From Nitratifractor sp. (lineage in GTDB: Bacteria > Campylobacterota > Campylobacteria > Campylobacterales > Sulfurovaceae), in assembly GCF_015487065.1 (NCBI RefSeq), contig NZ_WFQN01000137.1, positions 1-49,846 on the forward strand: a DNA stretch of 49,846 bases, written 5' to 3'. The notes under the pieces were generated by a model that ran no database searches, had not been told where the DNA came from, and saw nothing but the letters and a program-made list of their open reading frames with translations. Positions 1-8,804 of this stretch are shown here, piece after piece. The position numbers and the translations under genes are program-made. Positions within the stretch are counted from its first letter, which is position 1; each line of letters starts with the position of its first letter.

Positions 1-1438
1 GGGCAGCGGCGGTATCGGAGGATTCGGCTTGTTTTTTGCCGCCCATGAGCCGCGAGATCTCCTCCTTGGTCAGCGGGCCTTTGAGATAGCTCATGACCCA
101 GCGGGTGACGAAGAGCCGGATCCCCTCCAGGTGGGCGCTTTTGAGGAAGAAAGTCCGTTTGGGGAGATTAGCCAGGGTCCGGGCGATCTCTTCTCGGCTG
201 ATCTGCTCGTCAGCCTTGCCCCCCAGCCCGTCGATGACCCGTTCGATATCCTGCCTGGTCTGAAGCCGTCCGATGAACCAGGTGCCGATATTGGAGAGCC
301 CTTTGTAGTCCAGATCGACGGGATTCTGGGTACTGAGAACGATCCCGGTCCCGTAGGCCCGTGCCTGTTTGAGCAGGGTGATCATCGGCTCTTTGGAGGG
401 CGGGTTTTTGACCGGGGGGAAAAAGCCGTAGATCTCATCCATATAGAGAAGGTTACGCAGCCGGGTGGAACCGCTCTGCATCCGCATCCAGGCGATATAT
501 TTATTCAGCAGCAAGGTGACGAAAAACATCCGCTCTTCGTCACTGAGGTGGGCGATGGTAAAGATGGAGATCTTCGCCCTCCCCTCCTCGTCGTAGAGCA
601 GCTTCTGGATATCGAGGCTTTCGCCGCTGAGCCAGTTGAGGAAGCCGGGAGAGGCGATGACACTGTTGAAGCGGGTGGCGAAGCGGAAGCGTTCCTTTTC
701 GGGATAGAAGCTCTCCAGCGGCAGCACCCCGATCTTTTTAAAGAGCGGGGTGACGATCTGGCCGATGAGCTTTTCGAGATTGAGATCCTCTCCGCTGCTC
801 CAGGCGTGGCTGATGATCTGGGCCAGGAGGATGTACTCCTTGGACTCCAGAGGATCGGCCTCGATATCCAGCAGGGCCAGGAGCCCGCTGACGGTACTTT
901 TGAGATAGGCGGCGAGATTGTCCCCGTCGGAGAGGATCGCTTCGGGGGGAACCTGCAGCGAGCTCATCAGGTTGATCGGAACCCCGGCCCGGCTCCCCGG
1001 GGTGTAGATCGTCTTGGGGACCTGTTGGAAACGGGCGACGCGCTCACTCTCCTGTCCCCAGCTCTCGATCCCCTCTTTCCAGGTTTTGGCGGTCTTGGCG
1101 GCATACTCCATCGGGTCGATGCCCTTGGCTTTGGCCTCCTCCTCGACCCAGGGGAGGAAACTCTCGGGACGGAACTGCGGATCGGTCAGGCAGAGATCCC
1201 CCATGTCCCCCTTGGGGTCAATGACGATAGAGGGGATGTTGTCGATGGCCGCCTCTTCCAGCAGATCGATCCCCAGCCCGGTCTTGCCGCTGCCGGTCAT
1301 TCCGATGATAGCGGCGTGGGTAGTGAAGTTTTTGTTTTTGAGCAGTGTCAGCAGCTCGGTGGGCTCCATGCTCGCAGGGTCGACATCTTTTCCGAGGTAG
1401 AAGAGCCCTGCTTTTTCGTAGATAGCTTTTTCTCCCAT
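1..1438 (-). CDS. HerA/DUF87-like P-loop ATPase (3' end runs off window)
   Basis: Manual minus-strand translation from ATG at 1438: MGEKAIYEKAGLFYLGKD...THAAIIGMTGSGKTGLGIDLLEEAAIDNIPSIVIDPKGD (Walker A plus IDPKGD). Absent from the ORF track because no stop lies in the window. Confidence 0.85.
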   Translation of the reverse strand, partial: MGEKAIYEKAGLFYLGKDVDPASMEPTELLTLLKNKNFTTHAAIIGMTGSGKTGLGIDLLEEAAIDNIPSIVIDPKGDMGDLCLTDPQFRPESFLPWVEEEAKAKGIDPMEYAAKTAKTWKEGIESWGQESERVARFQQVPKTIYTPGSRAGVPINLMSSLQVPPEAILSDGDNLAAYLKSTVSGLLALLDIEADPLESKEYILLAQIISHAWSSGEDLNLEKLIGQIVTPLFKKIGVLPLESFYPEKERFRFATRFNSVIASPGFLNWLSGESLDIQKLLYDEEGRAKISIFTIAHLSDEERMFFVTLLLNKYIAWMRMQSGSTRLRNLLYMDEIYGFFPPVKNPPSKEPMITLLKQARAYGTGIVLSTQNPVDLDYKGLSNIGTWFIGRLQTRQDIERVIDGLGGKADEQISREEIARTLANLPKRTFFLKSAHLEGIRLFVTRWVMSYLKGPLTKEEISRLMGGKKQAESSDTAAA

Positions 1439-1568
1439 TTCTTCCCCTTTACTTAGCGATCAACATTTTATTTTATCCGGAAAATCAATGTGATTCCTTG
1501 ACAAAATTTCCGAATTTGTCTTTTCTTTTGTATTCTAACATTTACTTTTCAAAGATTCGGTTCCAGTC

Positions 1569-1577
1569 TGCTATAAT
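1569..1577 (+). promoter_or_regulatory. Extended -10 promoter (TGnTATAAT)
   Basis: TGCTATAAT about 50 nt upstream of the ORF at 1625. Confidence 0.6.
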
Positions 1578-1624
1578 AAGCAAAACCATAAATTCTCTGT
1601 TAATAATTAGAGTGAAGGAAAAAA

Positions 1625-2038
1625 ATGTTCAAAGGATTTGTGATCCTGGCAATTGTCGGAGGGCTTTTCGCCTATTTCGTCTTTCATTTTGTGGGGAGTA
1701 TCGAGAAAAATGACACCGCCTCCTCCTACAGTCAGGAGCAGGACAAGACTGAGGATAATGCTAAATATTATACAAAAGATGCAGCGGGATATACCGTATT
1801 GGCTGTTGGAAAGATTCCCTTAGCCAAAGCCAGAGAAGTCTGGAAAGAGAGTACGGTGATGCAGGATGTCTTGGAACTTTTTCCACGGTTCGAGTTGATG
1901 AAAGAGAGTATCAAGAGCCATGTGGAGGAGGGACCGTTTCGCCGATATCTCCTCAAAAAACTTGATGATATCGAAACGCAATACCTTGGTGGAAAAATTG
2001 ATTCCTTCAAAGCCAAAGAGATGTTTCAGAATCTCTAG
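1625..2038 (+). CDS. Hypothetical protein with N-terminal membrane anchor
   Basis: 137 aa, AAGGA RBS, hydrophobic N-terminus. Confidence 0.8.
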   Translation: MFKGFVILAIVGGLFAYFVFHFVGSIEKNDTASSYSQEQDKTEDNAKYYTKDAAGYTVLAVGKIPLAKAREVWKESTVMQDVLELFPRFELMKESIKSHVEEGPFRRYLLKKLDDIETQYLGGKIDSFKAKEMFQNL

Positions 2039-2042
2039 ATAT

Positions 2043-3233
2043 TTAACCCTCTTCTCTGCTTTTGATCTTTTCCAGCCACTCGGCAAGTCTCTTTTCATAT
2101 CCGATCGATCCGCCGGTGTAGAAGCTGCGAGGCTCCGGTAGATACTCCTGGGCAATCCATCCGCCGTAGCGGTGGGGATAGCGGTAGCTTTTACTGTGGG
2201 TCTTGATAGACTCCGGCACCGGCAGCAGATCCCCCTCCCGTATCGCTTTCTGGACCCGATTGATCGCTTCGTAGGCGTGATTGGATTTGGGGGAGGAGGC
2301 GAGATAGATCACCAGCTGTGCCAGAGGAATGCGGGCTTCTGGGTAGCCGATATGCTCCACGATGGTGAGGGCAGAGGCCGCCAGATTCAGGGCATGGGGA
2401 TTGGCATTGCCGATATCCTCGGCGGCCAGGATCGCCAGTCGCCGGGCGAGAAACTCGGGCGGTTCGCCCCCTTCGATGAGCCGCGCCAGCCAGTAGAGCC
2501 CCGCATCCACATCGCTGCCCCGGATACTCTTGATCATGGCTGAAGTGAGATCGTAGTGGCTGTCGGCCTCGGCGGAGCCGGCTCGGATCGCCTGAGGGCG
2601 CAGAGAGCGCACGGTCTCCAGACTCACTGGACGCTCCACAGCGGCAGCACTCTCCAGGAGCCCCAGCATCGCTCGTAGATCTCCGCTGCTCGAGTGGATG
2701 AGGTAGTCAGCCGCTTCCGGTTTGATTTCGATCGCTTCTGTTTCGAGGACCCACTCCAGCCTCTGCCGCATCGCTGTTTCGTCGATCGCCTTGAGCTCGA
2801 AGAGATGACTACGGGAACGGATGGCGGCGGTGAGGGCGTAGTAGGGATTCTGGGTGGAGGCCCCGACGATCAGGGCCCGCTGCTCCTCCATATAGGGCAG
2901 CAGCACCTCCTGCTGGGTCTTGCTGAGGCGGTGGACCTCATCGATGAAGACCAGCGGCTTCTGCAGAGCGTTGGCGTAGTCCCGGAAGAGCTTGCGCAAT
3001 TCGTCGATCTTGAGAGTGGTAGCGTTGAACTCGTGAAAGGGGCGTCCCAGTTTGGTCGCCAGGATCCTGGCCAGAGTGGTTTTGCCGCAGCCGGGAGGAC
3101 CGAAGAGCAGGGAGTGGGGCAGGGCCTCGGCCTCCACCAGCTTTCGAAAGGGCGCGTCAGGGGCGAGCAGATGCTCCTGTCCCACCATTTCGTCGAGTGT
3201 TTTGGGGCGATATTTCAGAGCCAGCGATATCAT
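2043..3233 (-). CDS. rarA: Replication-associated recombination protein A (MgsA/RarA AAA+ ATPase)
   Basis: LALKYRPKTLDEMVGQEHLL, GPPGCGKTT, FIDEVHR, SAMIKSIRGSD, EDIGNANP. Confidence 0.95.
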   Translation of the reverse strand: MISLALKYRPKTLDEMVGQEHLLAPDAPFRKLVEAEALPHSLLFGPPGCGKTTLARILATKLGRPFHEFNATTLKIDELRKLFRDYANALQKPLVFIDEVHRLSKTQQEVLLPYMEEQRALIVGASTQNPYYALTAAIRSRSHLFELKAIDETAMRQRLEWVLETEAIEIKPEAADYLIHSSSGDLRAMLGLLESAAAVERPVSLETVRSLRPQAIRAGSAEADSHYDLTSAMIKSIRGSDVDAGLYWLARLIEGGEPPEFLARRLAILAAEDIGNANPHALNLAASALTIVEHIGYPEARIPLAQLVIYLASSPKSNHAYEAINRVQKAIREGDLLPVPESIKTHSKSYRYPHRYGGWIAQEYLPEPRSFYTGGSIGYEKRLAEWLEKIKSREEG

Positions 3234-3301
3234 AAACGGTACTCTTTCAGCCCGTCATGCAAATGGCGGAAATTGAGAATTGGATTTGCTGAAAAACCTA
3301 T

Positions 3302-3379
3302 GTCGTTCTGGACCTGATCCGGAATTGAGAGGTACCAATATCTATGAAACCGTGGATCCTGAATCAAGTTCAGGATGAC
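3302..3379. repeat. REP/RPE-like pair of palindromes
   Basis: GTCGTTCTGGACCTGATCCGGAAT (3302-3325) and GGATCCTGAATCAAGTTCAGGATGAC (3354-3379), related copies in inverted orientation. Confidence 0.65.
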
Positions 3380-3501
3380 GGAAGCGTGTCGCTTCATTTT
3401 TTCAGAGAACTCGATTGAGAATGGAACATAGAGGATTTTGGATGAGAGTGCCGAGAAAGATTTTAGCGGTGAGGTAAAGGATAACAGGTTGTGCCTCCAA
3501 C

Positions 3502-3572
3502 GCTTAGCACTTAACACATAACACATAGCACCTTTTCCCCAATGACCAATGACTAATGACCAGTGACTAAGT
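3502..3572. repeat. Degenerate heptamer tandem repeats (STRR-like)
   Basis: TAGCACT-TAACACA-TAACACA-TAGCACC, then AATGACC-AATGACT-AATGACC-AGTGACT. Confidence 0.7.
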
Positions 3573-3968
3573 TCACTGAATCACCTGTACGATATATTCC
3601 CGATTCTCCCGCGGTCCGTCGAACTCGCAGAAGAAGATCGCCTGCCACTCCCCCAGGTAGAGTTGTCCATCTTTGACGGGGACAACAATGCGGGGGCCGC
3701 AGAGGGTCGATTTGATATGGGCAGGGGTATTGTCCCCCTCACTCTCGTAGCTGACATCGGCGGGAGCGATCCGGCTGAGGGAGGAGAGGAAGTCCCGGCG
3801 GAGTTTGGGATCGGTCTTTTCGAACAGGACGATGGAAGCGGTGGTGTGGGGAGTGAAGACGGTGCAGAGGCCGTCTCGAATCCCCAGTTTCATTACTTCG
3901 TGGGCGACGGCCTCGGTGATGTCAATCATCTCGGTTTTGTAGTTACTGTCGAGTTCAATGCGAGTCAT
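3573..3968 (-). CDS. yjbQ: YjbQ/UPF0047 family protein
   Basis: PHTTAS, AHIKS, LGEWQAIFFCEFDGPR motifs. Confidence 0.92.
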   Translation of the reverse strand: MTRIELDSNYKTEMIDITEAVAHEVMKLGIRDGLCTVFTPHTTASIVLFEKTDPKLRRDFLSSLSRIAPADVSYESEGDNTPAHIKSTLCGPRIVVPVKDGQLYLGEWQAIFFCEFDGPRENREYIVQVIQ

Positions 3969-4731
3969 TTTTGCGCTCCTCTTTCAGGTATTGATGCAGG
4001 GTATCGTACTCCTGGCGGCTGAAGTAGCGGGTCTTGTTCTCGGGAAGATTGTTGAGTTCGACCCAGCCGAAGGCGACCCGCTTCAGATCCAAAACCTTGG
4101 CGCCGAAGTGGCCGAAAAAGCGCCGGAGTTCCCGGTTCTTCCCTTCAGTGATGGTGACCCGCAGTTTGGTATATTTGCCGCTTTGGCCCCGTACGGTCAC
4201 CTCCTGAAACGGAGCGAACTCCATCCGGGTGATCTCACTGGCTTCATGTCCGCCCTCTCTGGCATCTTCCAGAACCAGTCCCTCCCGCATGGCCCGGAGC
4301 ATCTCTTCGCTGAGGGGCTTGTCGATCTTGATGTTATAGGCGCGTGGCAGTCGGCTGCGCATCAGCACATCGGCCACCTCCGGGTTGTCGGTCAGCAGCA
4401 GCAGCCCTTCGCTGGCATAGTCCAGCCGGCCTACGGGAATGAAGTGACGGAATTTTCCGGGCAGTTTGTGGTAAATGGTGGTCCGTCCCCGGTCGTCCTT
4501 TTTGGTTACCAGGATGCCACGGGGTTTGTTGTAGACGACCATCGTCACCTCGCCCCCTTTTCGGGGCTCTACCAGCCGCCCTTTGACGGCCACTTTATCC
4601 TCGGGTTGCACCCGGTAGGAGAAATCCTTCATCGGCTGTCGGTTGACCGTGACCCGACCCTCTTCGATGAGCCGGTCGGCTTCCCGTCGGGAGTAGGGGG
4701 TGTTGTGGGAGATATATTTGTTCAGGCGCAT
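3955..4731 (-). CDS. rluB: RsuA/RluB-family pseudouridine synthase with S4 domain
   Basis: MRLNKYIS..SRREAD, VGRLDYASEGLLLLT, EGKNRELRR. Confidence 0.9.
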   Translation of the reverse strand: MRLNKYISHNTPYSRREADRLIEEGRVTVNRQPMKDFSYRVQPEDKVAVKGRLVEPRKGGEVTMVVYNKPRGILVTKKDDRGRTTIYHKLPGKFRHFIPVGRLDYASEGLLLLTDNPEVADVLMRSRLPRAYNIKIDKPLSEEMLRAMREGLVLEDAREGGHEASEITRMEFAPFQEVTVRGQSGKYTKLRVTITEGKNRELRRFFGHFGAKVLDLKRVAFGWVELNNLPENKTRYFSRQEYDTLHQYLKEERKNDSH

Positions 4732-4761
4732 CAGGCTCTTTTCATTTTGTTATATTTCGCT

Positions 4762-5757
4762 TCAGCTTCGGTCGGACTTGATCCCGGCACTGACGAGATC
4801 GTGGAGATGAATGACCCCCTGAATCCGGTCCGCTTCTCCCAGAACGGGGAGCAGTTGAACCTTGGCCTCTTCGATCATGGCCAGAGCGTCACTGGCCAGC
4901 AGGGAGGCATCCCGGATGACTTTCGGATGGGGGGTCGCATAGTCGATGACTGGACGTTCCATCTCAAAGCCCTCTTTCATCAGGGCCCGGCGGAGGTCTC
5001 CGTCACTCATAATCGCCTCCAGGCGTCCCTCCCGGGTGACGAGAACGTTGCCGAGCTTCCCCTCACTCATGACGACAATCGCCTCTTTGAGGGGTGTCTG
5101 GGCCTCCACAATCGGCAGATTCTCCCGCCGCATCAGATCCTCTACCTTGACGAAGAGGCGGCGTCCGAGGGAACCGCCGGGGTGAAAGGAGGCAAAATCC
5201 TCTTTACGGAAATCCCGTTTCTTCATCAGGGCGACAGCCAGAGCATCTCCCATGGCCATCGTTAGGGTGGTACTGGAAGTAGGGGCGGCCCCCAGAGGGC
5301 AGGCTTCTCTCGCGACAGAGATATCCAGGACCGTATCGGCATAACGGGACAGAGTGGAGTCAAGGCCGGCGGTCATAGCCAGCAGCGGGATCCCGAAGCG
5401 GCGGATATGGGGCAGGATATTGGAGAGCTCCTCACTCTCCCCGCTGTAGCTGATAGCCAGGACGCCGTCCTCGGGGCTGATCATCCCCAGGTCGCCATGC
5501 AGGGCTTCGCTGGGGTGCAGGAAGAAGCTGGCGGTACCGGTGCTGGCCAGCGTGGCGGCGATTTTGGCTCCAACCAGTCCCGATTTCCCGATCCCGGTGA
5601 TGATCAGCTTGCCTCGGAGTCCGTAGATACTCTCGACTGCTTCCGCGAAGCGGTCGTCGATTCTTTTTTCTGCCGCCATGAGAGCCTCGGCTTCGATCCG
5701 CAGGGTTTCACGGGCGCTTTCGACAAGGGATTGGGAGCTGGGATTCTTGGGATTCAT
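4762..5757 (-). CDS. kdsD: KpsF/GutQ arabinose-5-phosphate isomerase (SIS + CBS)
   Basis: GIGKSGLVG, EALHGDLG, SYSGES, APTSST, FHPGGSLG. Start placed at ATG 5757. Confidence 0.93.
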   Translation of the reverse strand: MNPKNPSSQSLVESARETLRIEAEALMAAEKRIDDRFAEAVESIYGLRGKLIITGIGKSGLVGAKIAATLASTGTASFFLHPSEALHGDLGMISPEDGVLAISYSGESEELSNILPHIRRFGIPLLAMTAGLDSTLSRYADTVLDISVAREACPLGAAPTSSTTLTMAMGDALAVALMKKRDFRKEDFASFHPGGSLGRRLFVKVEDLMRRENLPIVEAQTPLKEAIVVMSEGKLGNVLVTREGRLEAIMSDGDLRRALMKEGFEMERPVIDYATPHPKVIRDASLLASDALAMIEEAKVQLLPVLGEADRIQGVIHLHDLVSAGIKSDRS

Positions 5758-5764
5758 GGAGATG

Positions 5765-5773
5765 ATTATATCA
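5765..5773 (-). promoter_or_regulatory. Extended -10 promoter 7 nt before kdsD ATG (likely leaderless)
   Basis: Minus strand reads TGATATAAT-CATCTCC-ATG. Confidence 0.6.
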
Positions 5774-5807
5774 CAGGGGAGGTGTGACACTCCCCGGTCT
5801 GACCGGT

Positions 5808-7871
5808 TCAGACCAGGAAGACCGTGGGGATGATGATGGGATATTTTTTGTAGCGTTTGAGGATATGTTTGCGGACGGCACCGCGGATGTCATCCTCGAT
5901 CACCTTGGGATTGGCCGATTTTTCGATGGGGGAGCTGATCAGATAGCTCTCCAGCAGCTGCTCGATCTCTTTGGCGAACTGCTTGTCCTCACGGTCGGGA
6001 ACCAGTCCGTGGGAGGTGACGACGGGTTTATCGACCAGTTTTCCGCTCTGGGTGGAGATCTGGGCGACGATATTGACGATCCCCTCGGTGGAGAGTTTCT
6101 GCCGGTCATCCACCACGTCGGCGTAGATCTCTTTGTTGTTTTGGTTGTCGATGTAGCGTTTGCCTGCTTTGACCGTTTTGACTTTTTTGAGATATTTGGG
6201 GGTGATCTCCACCTGGTCGCCGTCGCTCATCAGCAGGATATTGCGCTCGTCGACGCCGCAGCTGACAGCGGTGCGGGCGTGGGCGGCGATGTGGTTGTAT
6301 TCCCCGTGGACCGGGAGGAAGAACTTGGGCTGAACCAGGCGCAGGATCAGCTTCTGCTCCTCCTGGGAGGCGTGTCCGGAGACATGGATGTCGCTGCACT
6401 CTTTGTAGCGGACGGTGACGCCGGCCTTGAGGAGCAGGTTCAGCAGCTTGGAGACACTGGCTTCGTTGCCGGGGATGGCGCTGGCGGAGATGATGACGGT
6501 GTCGGTGGGTTTGAGTTTGATATGGCGGTGCTCGTCGGTGGCCATCCGGGAGAGGGCGGCCATGGTCTCTCCCTGGCTGCCGGTGGTGACGACGAGAATC
6601 TCGCTGTCTTTGTATTTGTTTACTTCGTGGGCTTCGATGAAGTGCTTGTCATCCACGTCGATGTAGCCCAGGCGACGGACCGTCTCGATGTTGCGCTCCA
6701 TGGAACGGCCGATGACACAGATCTTGCGACCGTGTCTCACGCCCCGCTCGATCGCCTGGAAGATCCGGTGGGCATTGGAGGAGAAGGTGGACATGATCAC
6801 CCGTCCTTTGGCCATTTCGAAGAGATTGTCGAAGGTTTTGCCCACGACCGCCTCGCTCTTGGTGAAGCCGGGGTTGTGGCTGTTGGTGGAATCGGAGAAG
6901 AGGCAGAGTACCCCCTGGGCTCCGTAATGGGCGAAGCGGTGCAGATCGGCGGTATAGCCGTCGATGGGGGTATGGTCGATCTTGAAGTCCGCCGTATGGA
7001 TCAGCGTCCCGATGGGAGTCTGGATCGCCAGGGAGCAGGCGTCGATGATGGAGTGGGTCATATGCATGAACTCCACCTTGAATTCGCCGATTTCGTAGAT
7101 CTTTCGCTTGACGATGTAGTTGAAATACTTCTTGTCCGCTTGCAGGCCGTGCTCGTCGAATTTGTTGCCGATCATTGCCAGGGCCAACGGGGTGCCGTAG
7201 ATGGGAAATTTGAGCTCTTTGAAGAGATAGGGGACGGCTCCGATGTGGTCTTCGTGGGCGTGGGTGATGACGATGGCGCGGATTTTGTCCTTGATGGCGT
7301 GCAGATAGCTGAAATCGGGGACCAGAATGTCCACACCGTGCATGGTCTCGTCGGGGAAGCTCATCCCCACATCGATGATGATGGCGTCCTTTTCGGTCTC
7401 CAGGACGGCGATGTTGCCGCCAATCTCTCCCAGGCCTCCGAGGGGGGTGAAACGGAGCTTGCCTTTGGCACCGATATCCAGTTGCTTCCAGGGGTTCATC
7501 CGCTCCTGCTGGACCCGCTCGTTCTCCAGGATTGCCGCTTTCATATCGGCGGGAACGGTGGTGTCGATTTTGGGACGGCGTCCGCCGCGACCGCGTCCGC
7601 CGCCGCTGCGGTTCTGTCCCTGGGAGCGGTTGCTCTGGTTGCGGTTCTTGTTGTTGCTGCTGTTGCCGCCGCGGCGGTTTTCGTTACGGTTTCCACCGTT
7701 GTTCTGTTGGCGATTCCCGCTCTGGGAATTACCCTCTTTGCGCTCGCTGCCGCCAGTTTCGGTTGCACCTTCCGCTTTTTTGTTATTGCGGAAGGGGTTG
7801 GGGCGGCGACGGTTCCGGTTGTTGTTATTCCGGTTTTGGTTCTCCGTGGATTGATTCTGATTCTTTTCCAT
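5808..7871 (-). CDS. rnj: Ribonuclease J with long N/R/G-rich N-terminal extension
   Basis: PLGGLGEIG, THAHEDHIG, HVSGHA, PVHGE motifs. Confidence 0.96.
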   Translation of the reverse strand: MEKNQNQSTENQNRNNNNRNRRRPNPFRNNKKAEGATETGGSERKEGNSQSGNRQQNNGGNRNENRRGGNSSNNKNRNQSNRSQGQNRSGGGRGRGGRRPKIDTTVPADMKAAILENERVQQERMNPWKQLDIGAKGKLRFTPLGGLGEIGGNIAVLETEKDAIIIDVGMSFPDETMHGVDILVPDFSYLHAIKDKIRAIVITHAHEDHIGAVPYLFKELKFPIYGTPLALAMIGNKFDEHGLQADKKYFNYIVKRKIYEIGEFKVEFMHMTHSIIDACSLAIQTPIGTLIHTADFKIDHTPIDGYTADLHRFAHYGAQGVLCLFSDSTNSHNPGFTKSEAVVGKTFDNLFEMAKGRVIMSTFSSNAHRIFQAIERGVRHGRKICVIGRSMERNIETVRRLGYIDVDDKHFIEAHEVNKYKDSEILVVTTGSQGETMAALSRMATDEHRHIKLKPTDTVIISASAIPGNEASVSKLLNLLLKAGVTVRYKECSDIHVSGHASQEEQKLILRLVQPKFFLPVHGEYNHIAAHARTAVSCGVDERNILLMSDGDQVEITPKYLKKVKTVKAGKRYIDNQNNKEIYADVVDDRQKLSTEGIVNIVAQISTQSGKLVDKPVVTSHGLVPDREDKQFAKEIEQLLESYLISSPIEKSANPKVIEDDIRGAVRKHILKRYKKYPIIIPTVFLV

Positions 7872-8673
7872 GGTCGGGTTCCTTTGTCAATGCTTGATAG
7901 ATTCGATGATAAAGCGTCGTCCCGACCTGGTGGGGCCGCAGGGTCCGCTGAAGCCCCCACTTTTCAAAAAGGGGCTCGAGGACAGCTTTGGGGTAGAGGG
8001 CGGAGAGGTTCTTCATCAGGGTCTTCCTCGGCTGCCGGAATGCGGCTTTGAGAAAGGCTTCGAAGGCCTCGTCGTCCAGGGTGTGCTCCTTGCGGATCTC
8101 CAGCACGGCCGAATCGACCTTGGGGGGCGGATTGAAGGCTGCCGGCGGGACCGGGAGGCGGATGGCCGCCTCTCCGGCACTTTGGGCCAGGACCGAGAGG
8201 GCCGAGAAGTTCCGATCCCCCTCACGGGCGGCGAACTTCTCGGCGACCTCCTTCTGTACCATTGTGAGTGTGGATCGACAATGGGGGTCCCGCAGCGCTT
8301 TCAGGATGATCGTGGTCGCGATGTAGTAGGGCAGGTTGGCCACCAGCCGATAGGGCCGGTCACACAGGCTGCCGCCGCTCCATCGTTCCAGAACATCTCC
8401 GCACTCCAGACGGAGTCTGCCGTCGGCGATCTCCCGGGAAAAGGTTTTTCCCAGATAGTCGCACAACCGTTTGTCTACCTCGTACGCCGTCACCCGGCGA
8501 ACTTGGACGAGCTTTTTGGTTAAATCACCTAAGCCAGGCCCGATCTCCACCACCGGGAGATTATCATCGGGCATCGCTTGGATGATTTGTTCCACAACGC
8601 TTTCATCTTCCAGAAAGTTCTGTCCGAATCTTTTGTCGGCGATATCAGAAGCATTGGGCCTATAATTTTTCAT
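7825..8673 (-). CDS. rsmA: 16S rRNA adenine dimethyltransferase
   Basis: FGQNFL, VEIGPGLGDLT, ANLPYYI, PPPKVDS. Start placed at ATG 8673. Confidence 0.95.
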   Translation of the reverse strand: MKNYRPNASDIADKRFGQNFLEDESVVEQIIQAMPDDNLPVVEIGPGLGDLTKKLVQVRRVTAYEVDKRLCDYLGKTFSREIADGRLRLECGDVLERWSGGSLCDRPYRLVANLPYYIATTIILKALRDPHCRSTLTMVQKEVAEKFAAREGDRNFSALSVLAQSAGEAAIRLPVPPAAFNPPPKVDSAVLEIRKEHTLDDEAFEAFLKAAFRQPRKTLMKNLSALYPKAVLEPLFEKWGLQRTLRPHQVGTTLYHRIYQALTKEPDHGKESESIHGEPKPE

Positions 8674-8753
8674 TATACTCTTTCGGTACTTAAAATTCAA
8701 ATACTGGGACTTCGCTACTCCGCAAAAAGGATCGCATACCGACTACTCTCTAT

Positions 8754-8762
8754 ATTTTAACA
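8754..8762 (-). promoter_or_regulatory. Extended -10 promoter for rsmA-rnj
   Basis: Minus strand TGTTAAAAT about 80 nt upstream of rsmA. Confidence 0.45.
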
Positions 8763-8804
8763 TGATCCTTGTGTTCGGCAAAAAACCGCTTTTCCTGTTT
8801 GTCA

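Noticed and set aside
29-1456. 475-aa plus-strand ORF
   Set aside because: Antisense shadow of the minus-strand ATPase, which carries the recognisable motifs.
3230-3526. 98-aa minus-strand ORF containing VILNLIQDP
   Set aside because: Translation of the palindromic and heptamer repeats; no RBS or protein features.
5784-8051. 755-aa plus-strand ORF (likewise 3958-5265, 21545-22948, 23164-24486, 33929-35209, 35339-36982)
   Set aside because: Shadow ORFs opposite well-supported genes; expected from biased codon usage and lacking motifs.
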